The position numbers and the translations under genes were made by a program. The notes beneath the pieces were generated by a model, which saw only the letters and a list, made by a program, of their open reading frames with translations, was not told the DNA's origin and ran no database searches. Of a DNA stretch of 64,000 bases, positions 9,856 through 18,379 are shown in pieces. Origin of the DNA: Methylocystis sp. (GTDB lineage: Bacteria > Pseudomonadota > Alphaproteobacteria > Rhizobiales > Beijerinckiaceae); contig JBPFDW010000020.1 of NCBI GenBank assembly GCA_051061375.1, positions 139,046-203,045 of the forward strand, in the 5' to 3' direction. Within the stretch, counting starts at the first letter, position 1. Every line of letters begins with the position of its first letter.

Positions 9856-10101
9856 ATGGCCAAAAAACAGTCGTCGTCGCGCGTTTCGAGCCTCGCTGCG
9901 AAGGTGCTGTCGGGCACAAAAAAACCTACGCAGTCTGATGTGAAACGACTCGCTGCCTCTGTGTTGTCTCAGGATGAGAGCAGCAGGAAGAAGCACTCGC
10001 GGCAAGGCGAGGTAGTGACTAAAAGCGGCAGAGTTATTATCCCTTCACCCGCGAAGTCAGCAAACACAATAGGCTCATGGTCTAAGGCCTTTAAGAAGTG
10101 A
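9856..10101 (+). CDS. Small basic protein with two internal helical repeats
   Basis: 81 aa, Lys/Ser-rich, VSSLAAKVLS / VKRLAASVLS; low GC; 4 nt before the next start. Confidence 0.65.
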   Translation: MAKKQSSSRVSSLAAKVLSGTKKPTQSDVKRLAASVLSQDESSRKKHSRQGEVVTKSGRVIIPSPAKSANTIGSWSKAFKK

Positions 10102-10105
10102 TGCT

Positions 10106-10728
10106 GTGCCCAACTCCGACCTATACTCCCGGAGTGTCTTCATAAACTGCCCTTTTTCTCAAGAATACCAAAGAATTTTTCGAGCTATTCTGTTTACGGT
10201 GTTCTATTGCGGTTACAGACCCCGATGCGCTCTTGAGATTAGCGATTCCAGTCAAAACAGACTGGCCAAAATCGAAACTATTATTCAGGAATCCAAATTC
10301 GGCATTCACGATATTTCTTTTGTCGAGATTGACTTAGGAACTAGGCTGCCGCGCTTTAACATGCCTTTCGAACTTGGAATGTTTTTCGCGGCGAAGCGCT
10401 TTGGTTCGGCGCAGCAGAAGAAAAAAATCGCGCTGGTGCTGGACACTCGGGCATTCCGATATCGTGCGTCGTTATCGGACATCTCGGGCCAGGACTAGAA
10501 GTTCACGGTGGTATTCAAAGAACGGCGATTCGCAAAGTTCGAGACTGGTTAAGCACGTGCTATCGGGGGTCAACGCCCCCGCCCGGAGGTGAGTTCATCA
10601 ATAAACAATATCGCAAGTTTTCCCAACAATTGCCTGCGGCCTCGAAGAAAAGGAATTTAAACGCAAGCGAACTCAACTATGCGGATATTTGTCGCGCTAT
10701 GGAATCGTGGCTAAAGGATAACGCTTAA
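10106..10728 (+). pseudogene. NDT/TIR-like nucleotide-processing protein, frameshifted at ~10496
   Basis: VFINCPF, PRCALE, RL.KI..II, IHDIS and PRFNMPFELG; after TAG 10496-98 a shifted frame from 10498 continues EVHGG...AIRKVRDWL... to TAA 10728. Confidence 0.7.
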
Positions 10729-10788
10729 GCCAGCATCAGAAGGCAAGTCTCGTTTGACGAGGAGTACAAAATCGCACGTGGTGCGTGG

Positions 10789-10864
10789 TGGCTCCCCGAG
10801 TAGGACTCGAACCTACGACCTAGCGATTAACAGTCGCGTGCTCTACCAGCTGAGCTATCGGGGA
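10789..10864 (-). tRNA. tRNA-Asn (GTT)
   Basis: Reverse complement TCCCCGATAGCTCAGCTGGTAGAGCACGCGACTGTTAATCGCTAGGTCGTAGGTTCGAGTCCTACTCGGGGAGCCA; 76 nt with encoded CCA. Confidence 0.97.
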
Positions 10865-10961
10865 ATGCGGTCCCGCCTATACAGGCCAGGGCGCGTTTTG
10901 CCAAGTCCGCCGACACGGAGCGGGTCCGGCGCAATTTCCTGCGACGGCGCCGCGATTTCCC

Positions 10962-11870
10962 TCACGCCGGGCTCAGCGCGTCGGCCGGCGTGAAGGCGGC
11001 GAGCGCCGCCGCCACGTCGTCGGGCGAGGGCAGTCCCGCCTCATTGCCGAGATGCTGGATCTTATGCGCCGAGGCCGCCCGGGCGAATTCGAAATGCGCG
11101 CGCCAGGGGGCGTCCGGCCGTTCCAGATAGGAGGCGCAATAGGCGCCGTGGAAGACGTCGCCCGCGCCCGACGTGTCGACGATCAGCGCATGCGGCACGG
11201 CGAGCGACGGCATTTGCGAAACCTCGCCGTTCTCGTCGTACCACAACATGCCCTTCTCGCCGGTCGTCACCGCGCCGATCCGGCAGCCCTTGGATTTCAG
11301 CCAGCCGAGCATGTCGAGCTCCGAGAGCGACATCTGCTCGCAGAGTCGTTCGGAGACGACCGCCACGTCGACGAAGCCGGTCAGCTCCTCGATGCAGGGC
11401 CGCAGCGCGCCGCCGTCGAGCGAGACCAGAGCGCCCTGCGCCCGCGCCGCCTTGGCGTAATGCAGCGCGGCGTCGGCCATATGTCCATCGACATGGAGAA
11501 GCCGCGCCTGCGAAATGTCGAGCCGGGGAAACGGCTGCAGATAATTGTCGTCGCGGGCGCGAAGGATCGCCCGCTTGCCGTTATTGGGCCAGACGAAGGA
11601 AAGCGAGGAGCGCGCCACCCGCCGCGGATGGACATGGATCCCGTAAGTGTGGGCCATGTCCATGAACATATGGCCGAGCCAGTCGGACGCGAGCGTGGTC
11701 AGCAGGCCGACGGGATGGCCGAGCTTGGCGCAGGCGAACCCCGCGGTGACGGCGTTGCCGCCGAAACTCACGGCATAGTCGTTCGCCAGCGTCTTCTGAT
11801 CGCCGGCAGGCAGCCGCTCGGCGCGCATGGTGACGTCGATATAGGCGTGGCCGATGAAGAGCGCGTCCAA
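10962..11870 (-). CDS. PfkB-family carbohydrate kinase
   Basis: GGNAVTA and DTSGAGDVFHG. Confidence 0.9.
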   Translation of the reverse strand: MDALFIGHAYIDVTMRAERLPAGDQKTLANDYAVSFGGNAVTAGFACAKLGHPVGLLTTLASDWLGHMFMDMAHTYGIHVHPRRVARSSLSFVWPNNGKRAILRARDDNYLQPFPRLDISQARLLHVDGHMADAALHYAKAARAQGALVSLDGGALRPCIEELTGFVDVAVVSERLCEQMSLSELDMLGWLKSKGCRIGAVTTGEKGMLWYDENGEVSQMPSLAVPHALIVDTSGAGDVFHGAYCASYLERPDAPWRAHFEFARAASAHKIQHLGNEAGLPSPDDVAAALAAFTPADALSPA

Positions 11871-11918
11871 GGCTCAACCCTCCCGGAATCCGCCGAGCGT
11901 GCGATCGAGGCCGCAGCC

Positions 11919-12257
11919 TCAGACCGCGAAGCTCGTTCCGCAGCCGCAGGAGGCGACGGCGTTGGGATTGTCGATGCGGAAGGACTGTCCCATCAGATCG
12001 TCGACGAAGTCGATTCTGGCGCCGGCGAGAAAGCCCATCGACGAAGGGTCGATCGCGACCCGCGCGCCGGCCTGTTCGACGAGCGCGTCCTCCTCATGCG
12101 CGACGGGGTCGACGCCGAAATGATATTGAAAGCCCGAGCAGCCGCCGCCTTCCACCGAAATGCGAAAGACGGCGCCCGGCGACTCATTGGCGAGGATCGC
12201 GTGAATGCGCCGCGCCGCCTGTTCGGTGAGCGCGATGTCGCTTGGCGCCGTCGTCAT
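11919..12257 (-). CDS. erpA: Iron-sulfur cluster insertion protein (HesB/IscA/ErpA)
   Basis: GGGCSGFQY and NPNA.ASCGCG.SF; divergent from dgt. Confidence 0.9.
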   Translation of the reverse strand: MTTAPSDIALTEQAARRIHAILANESPGAVFRISVEGGGCSGFQYHFGVDPVAHEEDALVEQAGARVAIDPSSMGFLAGARIDFVDDLMGQSFRIDNPNAVASCGCGTSFAV

Positions 12258-12455
12258 CCGTTTCTCCATCTCTTGCTGATAAGGGCCGTCGCGCGTTACA
12301 GCGCGGTTCGCGCGCGGTCGCGCGATCGAATGGAACTCGCCACGAAAATCGAATTTCGGCCTATCCAGTTTTGCGCCTCGCCAGCGCTTTGCGGGATAGG
12401 CTCCATGCCGCAAGATAGGTCCAAATCCGTGGCCTTTCAATGAAAGGAGCGCAAT

Positions 12456-13667
12456 GTGGCGATTCGCGGCCCTCTCGCGGCCTACGCCAGCGACGCCGCG
12501 CGTTCGCGCGGGCGGCTCCATCCGGAGGCGCCGTCCCCGACGCGCAGCGAATTCCAGCGCGACCGCGACCGCATCATTCATAGCACCGCCTTTCGCCGGC
12601 TGGCGCATAAGACGCAAGTTTTCGTGCCGCTCGACGGCGATCATTTCCGCACGCGGCTGACCCATACGATCGAGGTCGGGCAGATCGCCCGCGCGCTCGC
12701 CCGCGCCTTGCGGGTCGACGAAGACCTCGCCGAGGCGGTGGCGCTTGCCCATGACCTCGGCCACACGCCCTTCGGCCATGCCGGCGAGGGGGCGCTGGAG
12801 GCCTGCATGGCGCCCTATGGCGGGTTCGATCACAACGCCCAGGCGCTGCGCGTCGTGACGCTGCTCGAGCGTCGCTACGCGCGCTACGACGGGCTCGATC
12901 TGTCCTGGGAGACGCTGGAAGGCATCGCCAAGCACAATGGGCCTCTCGTGAGTCGCGAAGCGCCGGATCAGCGCCATCCTCTCCCTCATCCCGAGGCGCC
13001 TATGCATGGCCGTCCGCTGCCGCGCTACATCGCGGAATTCGACGCGATCTTTCCGCTCGGCCTTGAGACTTTCGCCGGCGTCGAGGCGCAGGCCGCGGCC
13101 CAGGCCGACGACATCGCCTATATCGGCCATGACATCGACGACGGGCTGCGCGCCGAATTGTTCTCGCTCGACGACATCGCGCGAACGCCTTTCATCGCCG
13201 GCCTTCTCGCGCATATTCGCGAGAAGCATCCGGGACTAGAGCGCGGGCGCGTCATCCACGAACTGGTGCGCCGGGTCATCACCGCCTTCGTCGAGGATTC
13301 GATCGGCGAATCGCGGCGCCGGATCGCGCGCGCCGCGCCGGCGAGCGCCGACGACGTGCGGGGCGCGGGCGAAACCCTCGTCGGCCTGTCGCCGCCGATG
13401 GCCGAGGCCCAGCGCGAGATCAAGAGTTTTCTCTTCGCCAATATGTATCGGCACGAAAAGGTCTTGGGCGTCTGGGAGCGCGCCCGAGACGCGATTTCCC
13501 GGCTGTTTCCGGCGTTCTTCGAAAAGCCCGAGCTGATGCCGGCCGAATGGGCGGCGCAGGCCGCCGCCCTGCGGGGCGCCGAGCGCGCCGTGGTCGTCGC
13601 CGACTATATCGCCGGGATGACCGACCGCTATGCGCTCAATGAGGTGAAGCGGGTGTTTGGCGGGTGA
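12456..13667 (+). CDS. dgt: Deoxyguanosinetriphosphate triphosphohydrolase
   Basis: FQRDRDRIIHS.AFRRL..KTQVF, RTRLTH, HDLGHTPFGH.GE and DYIAGMTD.YA. Confidence 0.95.
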   Translation: MAIRGPLAAYASDAARSRGRLHPEAPSPTRSEFQRDRDRIIHSTAFRRLAHKTQVFVPLDGDHFRTRLTHTIEVGQIARALARALRVDEDLAEAVALAHDLGHTPFGHAGEGALEACMAPYGGFDHNAQALRVVTLLERRYARYDGLDLSWETLEGIAKHNGPLVSREAPDQRHPLPHPEAPMHGRPLPRYIAEFDAIFPLGLETFAGVEAQAAAQADDIAYIGHDIDDGLRAELFSLDDIARTPFIAGLLAHIREKHPGLERGRVIHELVRRVITAFVEDSIGESRRRIARAAPASADDVRGAGETLVGLSPPMAEAQREIKSFLFANMYRHEKVLGVWERARDAISRLFPAFFEKPELMPAEWAAQAAALRGAERAVVVADYIAGMTDRYALNEVKRVFGG

Positions 13668-13682
13668 GGCGAAACCAAAGAA

Positions 13683-13726
13683 TGATATCATTTTTTGATT
13701 GCATGTGATAGCGGAAAGCGATATCA
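13683..13726 (+). promoter_or_regulatory. Putative HicB operator array
   Basis: TGATATCA-N5-TGATTGCA followed by TGATAGCG-N5-CGATATCA directly before the hicA ATG. Confidence 0.55.
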
Positions 13727-13728
13727 GG

Positions 13729-14022
13729 ATGCGTCTGAACAGCGCCCATCGGCGCACCCTGGCGGTGGTTTTTTCCTCTCCCGCGCCGACGACGCTGGAA
13801 TGGCGCAGGATCGAAAGGCTGTTCTTGGCGATCGGATGTGAAGCGATCGAAGGGCGTGGTTCGCGTATCGGCTTCAAATTCGGCGCGGCGCGCGCCGATT
13901 TTCATCGGCCGCATCCTGGTAAGGAAGCCAAGCCGTATCAGGTCCGCGCGGCGCGCGAGTTTCTTGAATTGATCGGCGTGACGCCGGAACCGGAACGATC
14001 CAATGAATCCGATGAGCTATAA
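13729..14022 (+). CDS. hicA: HicA-family toxin (mRNA interferase)
   Basis: W..IE.L...G....EGRGSR and FHRPHP.KEAKPYQVR..REFL. Confidence 0.92.
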   Translation: MRLNSAHRRTLAVVFSSPAPTTLEWRRIERLFLAIGCEAIEGRGSRIGFKFGAARADFHRPHPGKEAKPYQVRAAREFLELIGVTPEPERSNESDEL

Positions 14023-14329
14023 GGGCTACGCCGCGCGGATCGACTATAGCGAGGAGGACGAGGCTTTCATTGGCCGCGTCGCCGGCATTCGCGACATTGT
14101 GACCTTTCACGGCGCGTCGGTTGATGAAATCCGCGCCGCCTTTCATGAGGCGGTCGATTTCTATCTGTCGACTTGCGCCGAGCGCGGCGAGGCGCCGCAG
14201 AAACCCTATTCGGGGAAGCTCATGTTGCGCGTGCCGCCGGAACTTCATGCGCGCGCCGCCATGCGCGCGGAGGCCGCCGGCAAGAGCCTGAACGCCTGGG
14301 TGGCGGAGACATTGGCGAAAGCGGTGTGA
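14003..14329 (+). CDS. hicB: HicB-family antitoxin
   Basis: YKGY.A.I.Y, G.V.GI.D.VTF.G, AF.EAVD.YL..C, KPYSGKL.LR.PPELH and SLN.W. Confidence 0.93.
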   Translation: MNPMSYKGYAARIDYSEEDEAFIGRVAGIRDIVTFHGASVDEIRAAFHEAVDFYLSTCAERGEAPQKPYSGKLMLRVPPELHARAAMRAEAAGKSLNAWVAETLAKAV

Positions 14330-14376
14330 CCCTCCTTTCGCGGCGCGGCTCCACAGGGGTGCGTTCGCGCATCGGC

Positions 14377-14506
14377 TCTGCTAAACCCCCGCGAACTGGC
14401 GATCGAGATTTATCACGCGCTCGCTGAGACGGAGAATATCGTATCCGCGGAAGGCACCGCGCCCGGCTTCATCATATCCGTTTGAAGCCTCAGATTTTCG
14501 TGCAGG
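14377..14506 (+). pseudogene. Diverged, internally deleted argS promoter/5' fragment
   Basis: TCTGCTAAACC matches 16472-16482 and is fused to RELAIEIYHALAETENIVSAEGTAPGFI/IRLKPQIFVQ, homologous to argS 16705-16820. Confidence 0.85.
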
Positions 14507-14510
14507 CGTC

Positions 14511-14618
14511 GCCCTGCAAGGCGCCGAGCGCGCCGTGGTCGTCGCCGACTATATCGCCGGCATGACGGATCGATATGCGCTGAACGAGGTGAAACGGGTG
14601 TTTGGCGGGTGAGGCGAA
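14511..14618 (+). repeat. 108-bp diverged direct repeat of the dgt 3' end (partner 13566-13673)
   Basis: Same length and same GAERAVVVADYIAGMTDRYALNEVKRVFGG* plus GGCGAA, with mostly synonymous differences. Confidence 0.95.
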
Positions 14619-15065
14619 TCACAGGTGTTTTACATCGAGCGCGTCGTTCCACTTCTCGTTCAAATATTCACAAACGAGCCGCCGGTGACAATGGTGCGGC
14701 GCGGCTTCGGAGCATAGAAGACATGCGCCGTCAAACATCTGTGCGTCGAACCGGTTCTCGATCTTGCGGTCAGCCATAAGCGCTCGAAAGCGGGTCTCAT
14801 AAACCGACCATTCGCCTTTTTCTTTCTTATATTGCGCGAGCATCAGATCGGTCGGCGCCAGAAGCGGCTGATGGACGTACTGAATTCCGCATATTTTTTT
14901 TAAGAAAAAGGCGAGATCGTCCGCCTTTGCGAAGCCTGCGAGCTGCGAAGTGTTATGCAATCTTACATCAATTACTTTCTTCACTCCGGCGTTCGAAAGC
15001 CTCTCGAAGAACTTTTCCGCACTGGATTTCGTGAAGCCGATGGTTGCGACTCGTACGCCGGGCAA
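14619..15065 (-). CDS. DUF488 family protein (short type)
   Basis: TIGFTKSSA..FF..L, IDVRL.N.SQLAGFAK..DL.FFL and CLLCSE..PHHCHRRLV; likely TTG start with GGAG RBS. Confidence 0.88.
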   Translation of the reverse strand: MPGVRVATIGFTKSSAEKFFERLSNAGVKKVIDVRLHNTSQLAGFAKADDLAFFLKKICGIQYVHQPLLAPTDLMLAQYKKEKGEWSVYETRFRALMADRKIENRFDAQMFDGACLLCSEAAPHHCHRRLVCEYLNEKWNDALDVKHL

Positions 15066-15069
15066 TCGC

Positions 15070-15696
15070 TCACTCCGCTGCAATCGGGCTCCTGTCGCCT
15101 TCGGGCTGAGCGAAGGCAATCTTCCTTGCGCGCTCATGATAAGCGATCGACAGCCGTTCGGAGAGAGGCGCAAAAAGATCGTCGCAATCGCGTCCAGCCT
15201 GTTCGAGAAGTTCGGCTTCTAATTTTATTTGCGAAACGAGAGAGCCATCGGAAAGAATGTGCTGCACATCATAGCTGAGCCGCAAGAGTTCGCGGCTTAC
15301 CAGCAGGCAGCGGTGGCAATCCAGCGGGTGGCCTTCAGAACACATAAGCGCGACGCCATATTTCTCCGAGCCGGAAATGACGCGATGAATCCCATTCTTG
15401 AAATCGTTCGTTTTTGACATTTCTTCATAGTTGGCGACGCCATCGCAATAGAATTTGGACTCGCTTGGTCGGCCGCCGAGTTCCTTACCGAGAAAAACGT
15501 AAGCGATCCCATCCTGCCGTAGTTCTCTCTGTAGTTCCTCATGGTTGAATTGCGGGAAGCGCCGTGAGTAGGGCGATGTGCGGACATCCGCAACCGCAGT
15601 CGCGCCTGCAACGCGGAGCAATTGGAGGAACCGCTCGTAGCTGAGAGTCGAATGACCAATGGAGAAAATGTTTCCCTTCGCGTCCCGCATTCGCAT
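15070..15696 (-). CDS. DUF488 family protein (long type)
   Basis: IFSIGHS, ADVRT.PYSR.FPQFN, Y.FLGKELGGRP and ALMCSE..PLDCHR.LLV; start 15690 or 15696. Confidence 0.88.
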   Translation of the reverse strand: MRMRDAKGNIFSIGHSTLSYERFLQLLRVAGATAVADVRTSPYSRRFPQFNHEELQRELRQDGIAYVFLGKELGGRPSESKFYCDGVANYEEMSKTNDFKNGIHRVISGSEKYGVALMCSEGHPLDCHRCLLVSRELLRLSYDVQHILSDGSLVSQIKLEAELLEQAGRDCDDLFAPLSERLSIAYHERARKIAFAQPEGDRSPIAAE

Positions 15697-15707
15697 TTCT
15701 CGCGATG

Positions 15708-16376
15708 TCAGAGCACTCCGTTGAGCATCATATAACATTTTGGCGGGTTTCCATAAGCATGTGCAAGGCCGAGCCTGACATGGAAAAGGTCCCGTGGGGG
15801 CAAAGCGGCCTTTGCGCCGGCGACACCTTCTGACTCCCAAGCGTCCCGTAGATTCTTTGAGCTGACCGCTAGCTTATATGATCTGTAACCGTCGAAAATC
15901 ACTGCTTTGAGCGAGTCGAATTCCTCTAACAAGTGGATGTGACTCGATTCGATATTGATACTTCCGAGCGAGGGACATCGTAACCCTGGCAAGACGTAGA
16001 CCCCTTGATAAACGTTCCTAAACTCTGAGTTTCGCAGGATATTTCCGCGGAAAGCGGAATCAATTGAAGGGGATGCGATTGGGCCGCCCGGCGCCAGCCA
16101 GCCATCAAATCCTCGAGCGGTCACCTGGATCGCGCCCGGATCGATTGGCTGGTCCTCGGTAAGATGCGGAAACTCTCTCGTAGAGACGCCGGTTGGCTGA
16201 ACTCTTATCGTAACCCCAGGGCGGATATCGAGCCGGGCGACCAATTCTCCGCTCCAGTGATGCCGACCCGGCAGCGGCCGGACCATGTAACTTTCTTCCG
16301 CACACCAACCCGCGACGCAAAGCATTCCCCCGGATTTCATCAGAGTCAGGTCAGTAATCAAAATATCCAAAGTCAT
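15708..16376 (-). CDS. Dual OB-fold-like protein
   Basis: N-terminal ILIT.LT.MK.GG..CVAG......VRP, internal SLG.I, C-terminal V.LGL..AY....CY.ML.GV; first gene of the DUF488 operon. Confidence 0.65.
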   Translation of the reverse strand: MTLDILITDLTLMKSGGMLCVAGWCAEESYMVRPLPGRHHWSGELVARLDIRPGVTIRVQPTGVSTREFPHLTEDQPIDPGAIQVTARGFDGWLAPGGPIASPSIDSAFRGNILRNSEFRNVYQGVYVLPGLRCPSLGSINIESSHIHLLEEFDSLKAVIFDGYRSYKLAVSSKNLRDAWESEGVAGAKAALPPRDLFHVRLGLAHAYGNPPKCYMMLNGVL

Positions 16377-16511
16377 CTCCGCGTTGAGAAAGTGGAGAAA
16401 ATGGGCGCCTGTTTAGGGGCGTCAAGGTCTCGCTAAAGCCCCGGCGCCATAAGGTGCACGCGGCGCCGCATTCTGCTAAACCGCCGCGCACCCCATCCCG
16501 CCCGGACACTC

Positions 16512-18293
16512 ATGAACATTTTCGACGACTTTCACGCCCGCATCGCCGCCATTCTCGATCGCATCGCCGCCGATGGCCGCCTGCCGACGCTCGATCATGC
16601 GCGCTTCGTCGTCGAGCCGCCGAAGCAGGCGACGCTTGGCGATCTTGCGTCGAACGCCGCCATGGTCTTCGCCAAGGAGGCGAAGCCGCATTTTTCTTCG
16701 CCGCGCGAATTGGCGGTGGAGATTTGCCATGCGCTCTCCGAGACCGAAAATGTCGCCAGCGCCGAAGTCGCCGGGCCCGGCTTCATCAATATCCGCCTCA
16801 AGCCGAAGATTTTCGCGCAAGTGCTGCGCGCCGCGCTGCGCGATCCGGAAAATTTCGGCCGCGTCGCGAAAAGCCGCGCCAGCGCGCTGCAGGGCAAGGT
16901 GAATGTCGAATATGTGTCGGCCAATCCGACCGGCCCGATGCATGTCGGGCATGGCCGCGGCGCGGTCTTCGGCGATGCGCTCGCCGGTCTGCTCGCCTTT
17001 TCCAGCTGCGAGGTGACGCGCGAATATTACATCAACGACGCGGGGGCGCAGGTCGACGTTCTGGCGCGCTCCGCTCATCTGCGCTACCGCGAAGCGCTGG
17101 GCGAAGCGATCACGATCCCTGAAGGACTTTATCCCGGCGACTATCTGAAGCCCGTCGGCGTTGCGCTCGCCAGGGCGCATGGCGACGCGCTCGTTGACAA
17201 GCCGGAAAGCGAGTGGCTGCCGATCGTTCGCGCCGCCGCCATCGACGCGATGATGGCGATGATCCGCGACGATCTCGCCGCGCTCAACATCACGCATGAG
17301 ACGTTCTTCTCCGAACGCACGCTGCATGAGAAGAGAGACGGCGTCTCGGCCATCGACGCGGCGATCGACTGGCTGCGCGCCAAGGGCCTCGTCTATGAGG
17401 GCCGCCTGCCGCCGCCCAAGGGCCAATTGCCGGAAGATTGGGAAGACCGCGAGCAGACGCTGTTCCGCTCGACGCAATTTGGCGACGACGTCGATCGGCC
17501 TCTAAAGAAATCGGACGGTTCGCCCACATATTTCGCCGCCGATATCGCCTATCACAGGGACAAGATCGACCGCGGCTTCGACACGCTCGTCGACGTCTGG
17601 GGCGCCGATCACGGCGGCTATGTGAAGCGCATGACGGCGGCGGTCGCGGCGCTTTCCGACCGGCGCGCGACGCTCGACGTCAAGCTCTGTCAGCTGGTGA
17701 AGCTGATGCGCGCCGGCGAGCCGGTCAAAATGTCGAAGCGGTCAGGGGATTTCGTCACCCTGCGGGAGGTGGTTGACGAGGTCGGCGTCGACGCCGTCCG
17801 CTTCATGATGCTCTATCGCAAGAATGACGCGCCGCTCGATTTCGATCTCGCCAAGGTCATCGAGCAGTCGAAGGACAATCCCGTCTTCTATGTCCAATAT
17901 GCCCATGCGCGGGGAAAATCGGCGCTGCGCCAGGCGTTTGCCGCCTTTCCCGATATGGACCTTTCGGCCGAAAGCCTGGCGGCGGCGGATTTCGCCCTTT
18001 TGGCGGATGAGGGCGAGCTTGCCTTGGCCAAAATCATCGCTCAATATCCGCGGGCAGTCGAGGCGGCGGCGGCGGCGCATGAGCCGCACCGCGTGGCCTT
18101 TTACCTCCATGAACTGGCGAGCGTGTTCCATTCGCACTGGAATCGCGGTAAAGATCAGCCGCAATTACGCTTTGTTAAGTCTGATGATAGAGAATTGACC
18201 ATCGCTCGGCTTGCGTTGGTGAGTTCTTTGACGATCGTCCTGGGGTCAGGCTTGAGGCTGCTCGGCGTGAGCGCCCCCGACGAGATGCGCTGA
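16512..18293 (+). CDS. argS: Arginine--tRNA ligase
   Basis: [33 protein letters not shown] and [12 protein letters not shown]. Confidence 0.98.
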   Translation: MNIFDDFHARIAAILDRIAADGRLPTLDHARFVVEPPKQATLGDLASNAAMVFAKEAKPHFSSPRELAVEICHALSETENVASAEVAGPGFINIRLKPKIFAQVLRAALRDPENFGRVAKSRASALQGKVNVEYVSANPTGPMHVGHGRGAVFGDALAGLLAFSSCEVTREYYINDAGAQVDVLARSAHLRYREALGEAITIPEGLYPGDYLKPVGVALARAHGDALVDKPESEWLPIVRAAAIDAMMAMIRDDLAALNITHETFFSERTLHEKRDGVSAIDAAIDWLRAKGLVYEGRLPPPKGQLPEDWEDREQTLFRSTQFGDDVDRPLKKSDGSPTYFAADIAYHRDKIDRGFDTLVDVWGADHGGYVKRMTAAVAALSDRRATLDVKLCQLVKLMRAGEPVKMSKRSGDFVTLREVVDEVGVDAVRFMMLYRKNDAPLDFDLAKVIEQSKDNPVFYVQYAHARGKSALRQAFAAFPDMDLSAESLAAADFALLADEGELALAKIIAQYPRAVEAAAAAHEPHRVAFYLHELASVFHSHWNRGKDQPQLRFVKSDDRELTIARLALVSSLTIVLGSGLRLLGVSAPDEMR

Positions 18294-18379
18294 ACGACGC
18301 AAGAAGGGCAAAGTCCTGGCGACGGACGCGCCTATTCATTTGCTTCGCGCCCCAGGGGATCAGTTAAGCGAGGTGTATC

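Noticed and set aside
10496-10498. Amber readthrough or pyrrolysine at the TAG of the NDT-like gene
   Set aside because: The plausible continuation is in a different frame, so an indel explains it.
13566-14618. dgt 3' duplication as attL/attR of a site-specific element
   Set aside because: No integrase, the copies differ at many synonymous sites, and an argS relic is included, which fits recombination of an allelic segment better.
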